DNA of 64,000 nucleotides, taken from positions 2,240,001 through 2,304,000 of the forward strand of contig OY762825.2 in the NCBI GenBank assembly GCA_963666425.2. Direction: 5' to 3'. The first letter of the stretch is position 1, and the number at the start of each line of letters is the position of its first letter. This DNA comes from Bacillota bacterium (lineage in GTDB: Bacteria; Bacillota; JAAYKD01). Positions 19,887-30,062 of this stretch are shown here, piece after piece. The translations under genes and the position numbers were made by a program. Below the pieces are notes generated by a model. That model had not been told where the DNA came from. It was given only the letters and a program-made list of their open reading frames with translations, and ran no database searches.

Positions 19887-20914
19887 GTCTACAATTACTG
19901 GTGGGGCAACCCGGTTTGCTGACGACCGTGCAGGATTTGGGCCGATATGGCTATGGTTCCATTGGTCTGCCTGCCGCCGGAGTGATGGATGAATACGCTG
20001 CTTCCGTGGCGAATTTCATGCTGGGCAACGAGGCTGAGGCGGCCGTGCTGGAAATCACTTTGCTGGGACCGACCTTGACTGCAGTCGGCAGCGGCCTGGC
20101 TGCGCTGGTGGGCGGTGATCTGGGCGCTAAACTCAATGGCATCGCCTTACCTGTTTGCGGCAGCTTTTGGCTGCATGAGGGTGATGTCTTGAGTTTCCGC
20201 GGTGGCACAGGCAGCCGTACTTACCTTGCTTTGGCAGGTGGAATTGATATAGCGCTTGTTCTGCACAGCCGCAGTACTTTTTTACGCGGTAAACTAGGCG
20301 GTTTTCAGGGCAGAGCCCTGATGCGCGGTGATCTGATTGCGGCTGGTGCCGCAGCAGGGCTGCCTGCCTGGTATGGCCGGCTGCCGGAACGGTTTTGGCC
20401 GCAAAGCCAAGGCGAGCGGCAGCTGATTCGGGTTTTACTTGGGCCACAAGGTGATTTTTTCGGCGCAGCTGAAAAATTGAGCTTCTTTACGCAAACCTGG
20501 CAGGTGAGCAAAGATTCCGACCGCATGGGTTATCGCCTGGAAGGGGAAGCGCTGCATCATCTGGATAAAAAAGAGATCGTTTCTGATGGTGTGATGAAAG
20601 GCGCGATTCAAGTGCCGGGTCATGGCCAGCCGATTGTCTTGCTGGCGGATGCCCAAACGACGGGGGGTTATCCCAAAATCGCAACGGTAATCGGGCCTGA
20701 CTTAGGTAAGTTCGCCTATTTTTCTGCGGGTAATCGGTTACGTTTTCAGGAAGTCAGTTATGAGGCGGCGCTGCAGGCCCGGCGTGATCGGAATGCACAG
20801 TATGCAGCCATTAAAAATTGGCTGGCAGGTCAAACGACGCCTACCAGCCACCTCTATAGAATTTCTGTCAAAGGAGAAGTCTTTACCGTGCGGGTGGATG
20901 AGAAATTAGAGTAG
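19883..20914 (+). CDS. pxpC: 5-oxoprolinase subunit C (KipA/CT_A_B)
   Basis: PGLLTTVQDLGR, SDRMGYRL, ADAQTTGGYPKI. Confidence 0.93.
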   Translation: MSLQLLVGQPGLLTTVQDLGRYGYGSIGLPAAGVMDEYAASVANFMLGNEAEAAVLEITLLGPTLTAVGSGLAALVGGDLGAKLNGIALPVCGSFWLHEGDVLSFRGGTGSRTYLALAGGIDIALVLHSRSTFLRGKLGGFQGRALMRGDLIAAGAAAGLPAWYGRLPERFWPQSQGERQLIRVLLGPQGDFFGAAEKLSFFTQTWQVSKDSDRMGYRLEGEALHHLDKKEIVSDGVMKGAIQVPGHGQPIVLLADAQTTGGYPKIATVIGPDLGKFAYFSAGNRLRFQEVSYEAALQARRDRNAQYAAIKNWLAGQTTPTSHLYRISVKGEVFTVRVDEKLE

Positions 20915-22117
20915 CTTGGCCTGCCTTTGCTCCAATTTAAACCGCATCAGCAGTAAATCGAACAGCAGAACCAAACAACAGAAGAAAAATACACCGCGGT
21001 AACCGATATAAGTGGCAGCAAAACCCAGAGTAAAGGCACCCAAACTGGCGCCTAAATCAGAAGCGGCCATATAAGTAGAATTGGCTTTGCCCCGTCTTTG
21101 TGACGGGGCTTTTTCTACGGCCATGATGTTTAATAAAGGGAAACATAAACCACCTCCGATGCCATAGAAACCGGCTGCTAACAGCAGAATGGTTTTATTT
21201 GTGGCAAAAGCCATTAACAGAAGAGCGGTCGTAGTGATCAGCATTCCCGCCGTCAGAGTATTTTTCACACCAAATCGCTTCGCCAAGGCAGCTGCCTGCA
21301 AGCGACTGAATAACAGACAGGCCGCTTGCGTGGCATAGATTGCAGTCAATCCGCTGACACCGAGTGAAGTTGCAAACGGAAATAGGAACGTCATCAGTCC
21401 ACCCATGGGAAAGGCGTAGAGCAGCATAATCATACCCGGAAGCAAGGCGGTCTTTTCAAAAAAAGCATCAAATAAACCAAGCATACCATTAGTCAAAGGT
21501 ATTTTTTCCGGATGGACCCGGTGTTTCATTTCCTGACCTTGTTCATAGTTCATGCGGGTGGTCAACAACCAAGCTAAACCGGAAAAAATGCCGACCAACA
21601 GGAATAATCGAGCGGAAGGATAGTTTTCCCAGAGATAGAGACCAAAAATCGAACCAAACATGCTGCCGATTGTGCTGAATAAGCCGAAATAACCAATTCC
21701 TTCGGCAAAACGTTCACTGGGCAGGAGATCGGCAGCCATAGTGGAAAATGTAACGGTAGCCAGTGACATACCGATGCCTTGCAACAGGCGCAGCAGTACA
21801 GTAACCAGTGGCAGCGGGAAGCAGACATATCCGATCAATCCCAGGACAAAACAAGCAAGACCGGTCAGTGCCATGCTGCGCCGGCCATATAAATCGATCA
21901 GGTAACCTGAGGATAACCGCATAATCAGGATACAAAAAGTATAGGTGCCGCTGATAATACCGATTTCAGCTAAGTGGAAGCCGAGATAAGCCAGATACAA
22001 CGGAAAGATCGTAAAAACCATTTCGGTCGACAAACCAAATGAGACAGAAATACTGCCTAAGAGCAGGAACCTTCTGTTCCATACAGAGGTTGCTGCTGTA
22101 CCGCTTGACTGTGCCAT
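20906..22117 (-). CDS. MFS transporter
   Basis: G.LID..GRR motif A, 12 TM; ATG 22117 behind AGGAG. Confidence 0.88.
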   Translation of the reverse strand: MAQSSGTAATSVWNRRFLLLGSISVSFGLSTEMVFTIFPLYLAYLGFHLAEIGIISGTYTFCILIMRLSSGYLIDLYGRRSMALTGLACFVLGLIGYVCFPLPLVTVLLRLLQGIGMSLATVTFSTMAADLLPSERFAEGIGYFGLFSTIGSMFGSIFGLYLWENYPSARLFLLVGIFSGLAWLLTTRMNYEQGQEMKHRVHPEKIPLTNGMLGLFDAFFEKTALLPGMIMLLYAFPMGGLMTFLFPFATSLGVSGLTAIYATQAACLLFSRLQAAALAKRFGVKNTLTAGMLITTTALLLMAFATNKTILLLAAGFYGIGGGLCFPLLNIMAVEKAPSQRRGKANSTYMAASDLGASLGAFTLGFAATYIGYRGVFFFCCLVLLFDLLLMRFKLEQRQAKLL

Positions 22118-22251
22118 CGATAAAACTCCTTGTCCTATTATTCTGCGCTGTGTCTGTGAGCAGGAAATGAGCAGCAGCACTGTGAATTATAAAATAAAAG
22201 GTGAGGTGCTCTGTAGGTATTGTAGTCGGGTGGCGCTGCTGCCGTCAACCA

Positions 22252-22288
22252 TCAACTTCGCAAAACAAGTTGACTAATCAACACTTGT
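22252..22288. promoter_or_regulatory. Putative TetR operator between divergent MFS and tetR
   Basis: TCAACTT-N8-AAGTTGA plus overlapping ACAAG..CTTGT dyad; adjacent minus-strand TTGACG-N18-TACAAT. Confidence 0.45.
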
Positions 22289-22322
22289 CCGAAAAAAATG
22301 GAAACGAAAAGGAGGGAGAATC

Positions 22323-22886
22323 ATGGCGGATCGACGTTATCGCAAAACAGAAGCAGCGATTGAAGCGGCTTTTCTGAAATTAGTATCAGAAAAACCGATT
22401 CGGCAAATCACGGTCAAAGAACTGTATGAAGTGGCAGATATGAATAAAAGTACTTTTTATGCTCATTATCAGGATATTTACGCTTACGCTGAAGTTTGGC
22501 TGTTGGGAACTGTGGCAACTTTTGATCAGATATTGGCTGATTATAATTTTGAGCAATTGATTTTCCATCTGCCATTTGTGATACGACGAATCACGGAGAA
22601 GATTCACCAATTTTCCGAGCAATATCGTATGACGGCGAAATCACCGGAAGTTTCGACCCTATTGGTGCAAATCAAGAAGAAGCTGGTAGAGCGAATGCTG
22701 CAGCGCGCTACCGCTGGAGAACGTGCGGATATGAGCTTTCGCTGTTCGGTGACTTTTGTAATTTTCGGCATTATTGGTTTATATGAAACCTATTATTACA
22801 GCGAGCTGACGGAGGAAACGATTGCAAATGTGTCACATCGTATTCAAGCTGCTTATGCGCTGCAGCCTTTTGGCAAGCTTTCTTGA
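22323..22886 (+). CDS. TetR/AcrR-family regulator
   Basis: MADRRYRKT...ITVKEL...KSTFYAHYQDI HTH. Confidence 0.92.
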   Translation: MADRRYRKTEAAIEAAFLKLVSEKPIRQITVKELYEVADMNKSTFYAHYQDIYAYAEVWLLGTVATFDQILADYNFEQLIFHLPFVIRRITEKIHQFSEQYRMTAKSPEVSTLLVQIKKKLVERMLQRATAGERADMSFRCSVTFVIFGIIGLYETYYYSELTEETIANVSHRIQAAYALQPFGKLS

Positions 22887-22999
22887 ATAAACCTCAGCAA
22901 AATAGCGAAAAAAGACTTTCCAATTAGAAAAGAATATGGTATACTAAAGGACGTTATCGTTTGAAAACAACGAAATCAACGTGAGAAGAGGTGCTACGT

Positions 23000-23152
23000 A
23001 TGCCTAAAACAAAAAGAGGTAAGAACATTAAAGCCACTGCCGGTTGGAGAGGTACCTGCCCTGTCTGTAAGAGAACCGGTGTAAAATTATTATGGAATAA
23101 GAATGATGCCAATGGCAATGCAATCAATGTATGCAAACGCTGCGGTAAATAA
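23000..23152 (+). CDS. 50-aa basic Zn-ribbon protein (below ORF-track cutoff)
   Basis: MPKTKRGKNIKATAGWRGTCPVCKRTGVKLLWNKNDANGNAINVCKRCGK; GAGGTG RBS, upstream TGGTATACT, downstream terminator. Confidence 0.85.
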   Translation: MPKTKRGKNIKATAGWRGTCPVCKRTGVKLLWNKNDANGNAINVCKRCGK

Positions 23153-23163
23153 TCGGTAAACTG

Positions 23164-23201
23164 AAAAGCTTGTGGATCAAAAAAGATTCGCAGGCTTTTT
23201 T
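23164..23201 (+). terminator. Bidirectional terminator after the Zn-ribbon gene
   Basis: AAAAGCTTGTGGATC-aaaaaa-GATTCGCAGGCTTTTT. Confidence 0.65.
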
Positions 23202-23292
23202 ATTTTCTTCTTTTATCGGTTTTGTTGATGGAAGAAGCCAGTCTGTTTCGAATATAACGCGCGTTATAAAAAAGGAAAACAGACCGTTCGCT

Positions 23293-23967
23293 TTACCGGC
23301 AATCGATAAAGCGTTTGATATTTGCTTCCTTCGCCAGGGGGTTCAGCCGCAGGATTTGTTCCCGAATGGCAGCTTCTGCTTCGCAGCAAGAGAGCTGTTC
23401 GGCTTCTGCCTGCAGTTCAGATGTAAAAAATTCTTCTGCCGTGGAAAAGGTGCTGACAGGCCAGCCATACGGTTCGCCATTTTTACTCAGCTTGCGCGTC
23501 TCGCCATCCAAGGTGATCAGCAGCAGCATCTGCAGTTGAACTAAAGCGGTTTCCGCTGTTGGATCACCGGTGATTGCTTTGATCGTGTGCAGTGACGAAG
23601 CGGTTCCGTTTTTGATCAGAGCATAGATGTCCCGTTCCAGCCGGCTGAGCTTCCCTTCTGCGTATAATTCTTCGCAGCTTTTTGCCGCACGCCGCACGGC
23701 AATAAAATAGGGATACCATTTTCGCGTGATCCAGCCGCTTTTTTTCAAAAAAACCTTACCATAGGCAACATCGTCGTATTCCAAAACGGCTCTGATGCGC
23801 CAGGTCCAGGGATCGCTTTCCGGTTCGCCGGTGTGCCAGACAATCAGCGGGGAGGCGTAATTCTGCAGGGTGAAGATCCCTTCATTATTCTCACCGGCTG
23901 TCGAAAAACCGGCTTGCTGCAGAGCGGTATAAAAATCTTTGAATTGACCGATCATCGGAATCTCCAT
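23293..23967 (-). CDS. Conserved hypothetical protein (AlkZ-related/winged-helix-like)
   Basis: WHTG..E.DPW.WR, AYGKVF.KKSGWI, LQM.LLI, PYGW motifs. Confidence 0.55.
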   Translation of the reverse strand: MEIPMIGQFKDFYTALQQAGFSTAGENNEGIFTLQNYASPLIVWHTGEPESDPWTWRIRAVLEYDDVAYGKVFLKKSGWITRKWYPYFIAVRRAAKSCEELYAEGKLSRLERDIYALIKNGTASSLHTIKAITGDPTAETALVQLQMLLLITLDGETRKLSKNGEPYGWPVSTFSTAEEFFTSELQAEAEQLSCCEAEAAIREQILRLNPLAKEANIKRFIDCR

Positions 23968-24243
23968 CCAAAATTACCTCCGTAGAAATGAATTTCTGCC
24001 GCCGGATTGTCAGGCAGGATTCCACCAGGCAGCGAGAGAAAGAGAGAGCAGGTTGTTTATATTCAATACGAGTCAGCCCATGACGCAGCACAAAATCTAC
24101 CCGATCCGAAGCAGCAGACGATGATCACAGCAGCCGCCTGGGCACGGAAGAACAGCTTTTTTTGCGAAGGGAGATTGCGAAAGGATAAGACTCCTATTCA
24201 ATTCTCTTTTACGCGGTTAATTCCTTTGCATGGGGAGGTCAGA

Positions 24244-24846
24244 ATGAAGACAAGATACATGGAAGTGCCAAACCCGCAGCCGCGGCAATTAAGCTGCCGA
24301 TCCGAGCGGAAAGAGGATGCGGCTTGCATTCGTCTGATTCATACTACCGCATTTGGGCACGACTGGGAAGCCAATCTGATTGAAGAACTGCGCCAAGAGA
24401 ACCTGCTGGATCCCGCTCTCTCTTTGCTCGGCATGGTCAACGGGGAAGTCGCCGCTCACATTCTTTTTACTCCGGTCAGCATTCATAACAGCGTTCGCAA
24501 GCTGCCTGTGATGTTATTGGCACCGCTGGCTGTTTTGCCTCAATATCAGGGCATCGGCGTCGGCAGCCTGCTGGTTCGGGAAGGACTGCGTCTCTGCAAG
24601 GAACGCGGTCTTAAAATTGTGCTCGTCTACGGTGAAGCTTATTATGCCCGCTTTGGCTTTCGGCCAGCCAGAGAATTTAACGTTTTTCGTCCGATTGTGG
24701 AAACAGGAGACCATTTCTGGCTGCTGGAATTGGTTCCGGAGGCGGCGGTCAATGCGAGCGGCGTGATCGAATATCCCAAACCGTTTTACCCGCTTGTGTT
24801 CCAAAATGTGCTGGCAGCCTTGCATCTGAGCACCTTGAAATGTTAA
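24244..24846 (+). CDS. GNAT N-acetyltransferase (YhbS-like)
   Basis: LAPLAVLPQYQGIGVGSLLV, YYARFGF; ATG behind GGGGAGG. Confidence 0.88.
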   Translation: MKTRYMEVPNPQPRQLSCRSERKEDAACIRLIHTTAFGHDWEANLIEELRQENLLDPALSLLGMVNGEVAAHILFTPVSIHNSVRKLPVMLLAPLAVLPQYQGIGVGSLLVREGLRLCKERGLKIVLVYGEAYYARFGFRPAREFNVFRPIVETGDHFWLLELVPEAAVNASGVIEYPKPFYPLVFQNVLAALHLSTLKC

Positions 24847-24968
24847 AAAACAATGACAAAAAACCGAGGCGGGTTATTGCATTAAATGAGGGATTGTGTT
24901 ATTCTATGACTATGTGACGTGCGTAAAAAGCGCACCACGAAATAATTTTTAGGAGGAAAGAACTGAAA

Positions 24969-26045
24969 ATGAAGAGAAAAAGTATTACGATGTTACTTAT
25001 TCTGGCCATGGTTTTAGCTATGTTTGCAGGCTGCGCTCCGAAAAAAGAAACTTTTGAAATTGGTTTAGTCACAGATGTTGGTACTATTGATGACAAATCC
25101 TTTAACCAGGGCGCTTGGGAAGGTGTCGTTCAATATGCAAACGAAAGTAAGAAAACCTTTAAGTATTACCAACCAAAAAGCGATGCGAAAGACGATTTGC
25201 TTGCCTCCATTGGCCTTGCCATTGACGGCGGAGCAAAAATCGTGGTTTGCCCCGGTTTCAATTTTGAAGTAGCTATTTATGAAGCCCAGACCAAGTATCC
25301 CAAAGTAAACTTTATTCTCCTGGATGGCGTACCTCATACTGCAGATTTTAAAACCTTCAAGACGGAATCCAATGTGAAATGCATTTCCTATGCAGAACAA
25401 GAAGCCGGATTCCTCGCCGGTTACGCTGTTGTCAAAGACGGCATGACCAAATTGGGCTTTATGGGCGGTATGGCTGTTCCCGCCGTGATCCGTTTTGGCT
25501 ATGGTTTTGTTCAAGGTGCTGATTATGCTGCCAAAGAAATGAAACTTGCCGCAGGTGCGATTGAAGTGAATTACAATTACACCGGCAAATTCGCAGCGAC
25601 ACCCGAAGCGCAAACGATGGCTGCCGGCTGGTTCACCAACGGCACTCAGGTTATCTTTGGCTGCGGTGGTGCTCTGGGCGATTCCGTAATGGCTGCCGCT
25701 GCGACAGCGAAAGCCAAAGCAATTGGTGTTGACGTCGATCAATCCAGCGAATCCCCAACCGTCATCACTTCTGCGATGAAGAACCTGACCAAATCCGTTT
25801 ATGATTCTCTGAAAGAATATTATGCCGGGAAATTCGCCGGTGGCGCCACTTTGACTGTTGACGTAAAATCCAAAGGCGTGGGCCTGCCGATGGCCACCTC
25901 CAAATTCACTACTTTTAAACAAGCAGATTACGATGCGATCTATGCCAAGTTAGTTGCCGGCGATATTAAGATCCTCGTCGATACGGATGTAGATTCCGCT
26001 GCGAAACTTACCACTACAAATGTAGTCGTCAACGAGATCAAATAA
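24969..26045 (+). CDS. BMP-family (PnrA/NupN-like) lipoprotein, nucleoside-binding
   Basis: Lipobox FAGC, DDKSFNQGAWEG, IGVDVDQS. Confidence 0.93.
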   Translation: MKRKSITMLLILAMVLAMFAGCAPKKETFEIGLVTDVGTIDDKSFNQGAWEGVVQYANESKKTFKYYQPKSDAKDDLLASIGLAIDGGAKIVVCPGFNFEVAIYEAQTKYPKVNFILLDGVPHTADFKTFKTESNVKCISYAEQEAGFLAGYAVVKDGMTKLGFMGGMAVPAVIRFGYGFVQGADYAAKEMKLAAGAIEVNYNYTGKFAATPEAQTMAAGWFTNGTQVIFGCGGALGDSVMAAAATAKAKAIGVDVDQSSESPTVITSAMKNLTKSVYDSLKEYYAGKFAGGATLTVDVKSKGVGLPMATSKFTTFKQADYDAIYAKLVAGDIKILVDTDVDSAAKLTTTNVVVNEIK

Positions 26046-26159
26046 GAAAGAACCTGAATGCTCTCGGTAATCGTCAAACAGGGGGATGTTTATCCAACAT
26101 CTCCCTGTAATTATCATAAAGCTTTCAAGAGGCAGCAACGAAACAAGAGGGGATAAGTC

Positions 26160-27692
26160 ATGGAAAATGTCATTGAGATGCTCAATATCACGAAGAAGTT
26201 CCCCGGAATTATCGCCAATGACAATGTAACTTTTCTAGTCAGAAAAGGTGAAATCCACGCACTGCTTGGTGAGAACGGCGCGGGGAAATCGACGCTGATG
26301 AGCGTTCTTTTTGGTTTATATCAACCCGAAAAGGGAACGATTCGCATTAACGGGCAAGAAGCGAAAATTCGCAATCCCAATGACGCGAACCGCTATCATA
26401 TCGGTATGGTGCATCAGCATTTCAAGCTGGTGCAGAATTTTACTGTCCTGGAGAATATTATCCTTGGTGTTGAATCAACTCGTCAAGGATTTTTGGAAAT
26501 GAAAGAAGCCAGGGGCAAAGTGATCAAGCTCAGCGAAAAATATAAACTGAAGATCGATCCGGATGCCCTTGTATCCGATATTACCGTTGGCATGCAGCAG
26601 CGAGTAGAGATTCTAAAGATGCTCTACCGGGAGAATGAGATTTTGATTTTCGATGAGCCGACGGCTGTCTTAACCCCGCAGGAAATCATTGAATTAATCA
26701 AGATTATGAAGAATCTGGTGCATGAAGGAAAATCGATTGTCTTTATTACACATAAACTCAATGAGATCAAAGAGGCTGCCGACCGCTGTACTGTGCTGCG
26801 CAAAGGTAAATATATCGGCACAATCGATGTGCAGACCACCAGCAAAGAGCAAATGTCAGAAATGATGGTCGGACGCCTGGTCAATTTTAAAATAGATAAA
26901 AAAGCAGAAATCAAGGGTGAGCAAATCCTGAATGTGGAGCATTTATCCGTGAAAACCGGCCATCATGGTCAATCCGCTGTGGAGGATGTTTCTTTTATTG
27001 CCAATCGGGGTGAAATTGTCTGTGTCGCCGGAATTGACGGCAACGGACAGAGTGAACTGGTTTACGCTTTAACCGGCCTGCTGCCGGCGGGCAGCGGCAC
27101 GATTGAATTTATGGGTCAGGACATCACGCACCGCTCCATTCGTGACCGGACGCTGCTGGGTATGGCTCACATCCCGGAAGACAGACATAAGTATGGTTTG
27201 GTACTGGATTATTCGTTGGAGGAAAATTTAATTCTGCAAAGGTATTTCGAGCAGCCATTTTCCGTGCATGGCTTTCTGCAATTTGATGCCATTGACCAAT
27301 TTGCCCAGCAATTGATCGAACGCTTTGATATCCGCAGCGGTCAGGGAATCAAGACATCTGCCAGAAGTATGTCGGGTGGCAATCAGCAAAAAGCGATTTT
27401 GGCCCGGGAAATTGAACGCGATCCGGAACTCCTGATCGCCGTGCAGCCGACACGCGGCTTGGATGTAGGAGCGATTGAGTATATTCATAGCCAAATCATT
27501 GCCCAACGCGATCAAGGCAAAGCGATTTTATTGATTTCCTTGGAACTGGATGAAGTGATGGATGTCAGCGATCGTATTCTGGTGATGCACAATGGTCGAA
27601 TTGTAGCGAATCTGCTGCCGGAAGAGGTAACGATGCAAGAGCTTGGACTGTATATGTCCGGTGCGAAGGTGGGGGCGGGTTATGAAAGGTAG
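26160..27692 (+). CDS. Nucleoside ABC transporter ATPase (two NBDs)
   Basis: GENGAGKST, DEPTAVL, SGGNQQK. Confidence 0.95.
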   Translation: MENVIEMLNITKKFPGIIANDNVTFLVRKGEIHALLGENGAGKSTLMSVLFGLYQPEKGTIRINGQEAKIRNPNDANRYHIGMVHQHFKLVQNFTVLENIILGVESTRQGFLEMKEARGKVIKLSEKYKLKIDPDALVSDITVGMQQRVEILKMLYRENEILIFDEPTAVLTPQEIIELIKIMKNLVHEGKSIVFITHKLNEIKEAADRCTVLRKGKYIGTIDVQTTSKEQMSEMMVGRLVNFKIDKKAEIKGEQILNVEHLSVKTGHHGQSAVEDVSFIANRGEIVCVAGIDGNGQSELVYALTGLLPAGSGTIEFMGQDITHRSIRDRTLLGMAHIPEDRHKYGLVLDYSLEENLILQRYFEQPFSVHGFLQFDAIDQFAQQLIERFDIRSGQGIKTSARSMSGGNQQKAILAREIERDPELLIAVQPTRGLDVGAIEYIHSQIIAQRDQGKAILLISLELDEVMDVSDRILVMHNGRIVANLLPEEVTMQELGLYMSGAKVGAGYER

Positions 27693-28857
27693 AAGTGTCA
27701 GTAAATTAACACGAGCCATCCTGCCCTCCGTCTTGGCGGGACTCGCAGGTTTTTTACTTGGTTTTGTCATCATGCTGATTGTCAATCCGCAGCAAGCCCT
27801 GCAGGGGATCGGCATTATTTTAATGGGAGGTTTTCAAAAAGGCGCTGCCGGGATCGGTCAAACGCTCTATTATGCCACTCCCATTATCATGACCGGTCTG
27901 GCGGTTGGCTTTGCTTTTAAAACCGGTTTGTTCAATATCGGTGCTTCCGGACAGTTTATGCTGGGTTCCTTTGCCGCTGTCTATGTTGGTGTGACCATGA
28001 CTTGGCTGCCGGGCAGTATTCACTGGCTGGTGGCGCTTTTGGCAGCCATGCTGGCAGGAGCCTTATGGGGGATGATGCCGGGTCTGCTGAAAGCGGTCAG
28101 CAATGTCAGCGAAGTGATTACTTCGATCATGATGAATTATATCGGTATGAGTTTGGTCAATCTGTTGATCAAGGCTACCGTGTATAATAAACTCAAAAAT
28201 GAAACGATGCCGGTGGCGGAAGCCGCTAACATTCCGAAATGGGGCTTAGATCTACTCTTTCCGTATAGTAGTATGAATGGCGGTATTTTAATCGCCGTTC
28301 TGTGTGTAATTGTGATTTATATTGTTTTGAATAAGACAACTTTTGGTTATGAGCTGAAGGCCTGCGGTTTCAATAAAAGCGCCAGCCTCTATGCCGGGAT
28401 CAATGCCAAACGCAATATCGTTTTTTCGATGATGATCTCCGGTGCTTTGGCTGGGATTGGCGGCGGGTTGCTTTATTTATCCGGCTCCGGCAAATACATT
28501 AAAGTCATCGACATCATCGCCAGCGAAGGGTTTGATGGCATGTCAGTCGCCTTGTTAGGCTTATCGAATCCCGTCGGTATCCTGATTGCCGGTTTATTCA
28601 TTGCTTATATTCAGGTAGGCGGATTCAATTTGCAGTTATTGAATTATGATCAGGAGATCATCAACATTATCACAGCCGCCATCATCTATTTCAGCGGTTT
28701 TGTACTTGTTTTCCAAAACAATCTGGAACAGGTTCAAAATTGGTGGAAGGGCAGAAACTCCAAAAACAAGAGCAGTTTAGCGAACAGCGAAACAGAGGGG
28801 ACAGCATCAGAAACCCTGGAAAATGAGTCTCCCACGGAAGGAGGCGGTCAGCGATGA
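27682..28857 (+). CDS. Nucleoside ABC transporter permease 1
   Basis: GLFNIGASGQ, EVITSIMMNY, GFDGMSVALLG. Confidence 0.92.
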   Translation: MKGRSVSKLTRAILPSVLAGLAGFLLGFVIMLIVNPQQALQGIGIILMGGFQKGAAGIGQTLYYATPIIMTGLAVGFAFKTGLFNIGASGQFMLGSFAAVYVGVTMTWLPGSIHWLVALLAAMLAGALWGMMPGLLKAVSNVSEVITSIMMNYIGMSLVNLLIKATVYNKLKNETMPVAEAANIPKWGLDLLFPYSSMNGGILIAVLCVIVIYIVLNKTTFGYELKACGFNKSASLYAGINAKRNIVFSMMISGALAGIGGGLLYLSGSGKYIKVIDIIASEGFDGMSVALLGLSNPVGILIAGLFIAYIQVGGFNLQLLNYDQEIINIITAAIIYFSGFVLVFQNNLEQVQNWWKGRNSKNKSSLANSETEGTASETLENESPTEGGGQR

Positions 28858-29840
28858 AAGGAATCGGTCTACTTTATTTTATTGTCCAGCAAACGATGTT
28901 CTTTTCGATGCCGCTGCTTTTGGTTGCCTTGGGCGGACTTTTTTCCGAACGCAGTGGTGTTGTCAACATTGCTTTGGAAGGAATTATGGTCATTGGTGCT
29001 TTAGCCAGTGTGCTTTTTATTTATTTGATGCAGACTTATGCGCTGCTCTCCGGCAATCTTTTATTGATCTGCGCGGTCTTGATTGCCATCGCGGCCGGAA
29101 TGCTTTATTCCCTGCTGCATGCTTATGCCGCTATCAATATGAAGGCAAACCAAGTCATCAGCGGTACTGCTCTGAATCTGGCGTCCTCCCCGTTGGCGAT
29201 TTTAATCGGCAGAATTGCGACCGGTTCCATCAGTGGCCGCAGTGTGCAGCAGATCCCTTTTCAAAATCAATTTCACATTGCAAAAGTACCGTTCTTGGGC
29301 GATTTGCCTCTGATTGGACCGCTTTTTTTCCAAAACACCTATATAACCACCTATATTTCGATCGCTATTCTGATCGTTTCCTGGGTGATGCTCTATAAAA
29401 CCAGATTTGGCTTGCGCTTGCGTGCCTGCGGTGAACATCCTCAGGCAGCCGATTCGGTTGGGATCAATGTTTATCAAATGCGTTATGCCGGCGTAGTCAT
29501 CTCCGGTGCTTTAGCGGGATTAGGCGGTCTGGTTTTTGTGATCCCAACTTCGACCAATTTCAATGCTTCCGTGGCCGGTTACGGCTTTTTGGCGATGGCT
29601 GTGCTGATCTTCGGTCAATGGAAACCTTGGCGTGTGTTTGCCGCCTCGCTTTTCTTTGGCGTGATGAAAACCATTTCGGCGTCCTATTCTTCCATAGGAC
29701 TGCTGCAGGGTTTGGGAATTTCCAGCGAAATCTATAAAATGATCCCGTATTTTGCTACTCTGATTGTCTTGGTTTTTTCTTCTAAAAATTCGCAGGCACC
29801 GAAAGCATCCGGTGAACCCTACGACCAAGGCGCCAGATAA
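28854..29840 (+). CDS. Nucleoside ABC transporter permease 2
   Basis: SERSGVVNIALEG, LRACGEHPQAADSVGINV. Confidence 0.93.
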   Translation: MKGIGLLYFIVQQTMFFSMPLLLVALGGLFSERSGVVNIALEGIMVIGALASVLFIYLMQTYALLSGNLLLICAVLIAIAAGMLYSLLHAYAAINMKANQVISGTALNLASSPLAILIGRIATGSISGRSVQQIPFQNQFHIAKVPFLGDLPLIGPLFFQNTYITTYISIAILIVSWVMLYKTRFGLRLRACGEHPQAADSVGINVYQMRYAGVVISGALAGLGGLVFVIPTSTNFNASVAGYGFLAMAVLIFGQWKPWRVFAASLFFGVMKTISASYSSIGLLQGLGISSEIYKMIPYFATLIVLVFSSKNSQAPKASGEPYDQGAR

Positions 29841-30062
29841 CCGTTGTCCAGGTAGCATAGTAAAGGTAGGACCGTATCGCTTTCTTATGAGGAAGAAGAA
29901 ACGATACGGTTTCTTTGCTTTTAGTTCGGCTTTTCTTGTAAGGAAAACGGGCTAGCATGTCTTGATTCAGCGAGCAGGGCAGGAACCCTATGCAGCCAAA
30001 GAGAATTTTGAGACAGCTGCAGTAACAGACGGCCCGAATGGACCGCTCGAAAGACAGGAGAA

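Noticed and set aside
24850-24968. Possible purine riboswitch ahead of the first BMP operon
   Set aside because: Leader is short and lacks the conserved aptamer core; only a small GTGCG/CGCAC hairpin.
25065-25922. 285-aa minus-strand ORF (also 44408-45100, 49870-50664 and similar)
   Set aside because: Antisense to well-supported genes with biased codon usage; no motifs or RBS.
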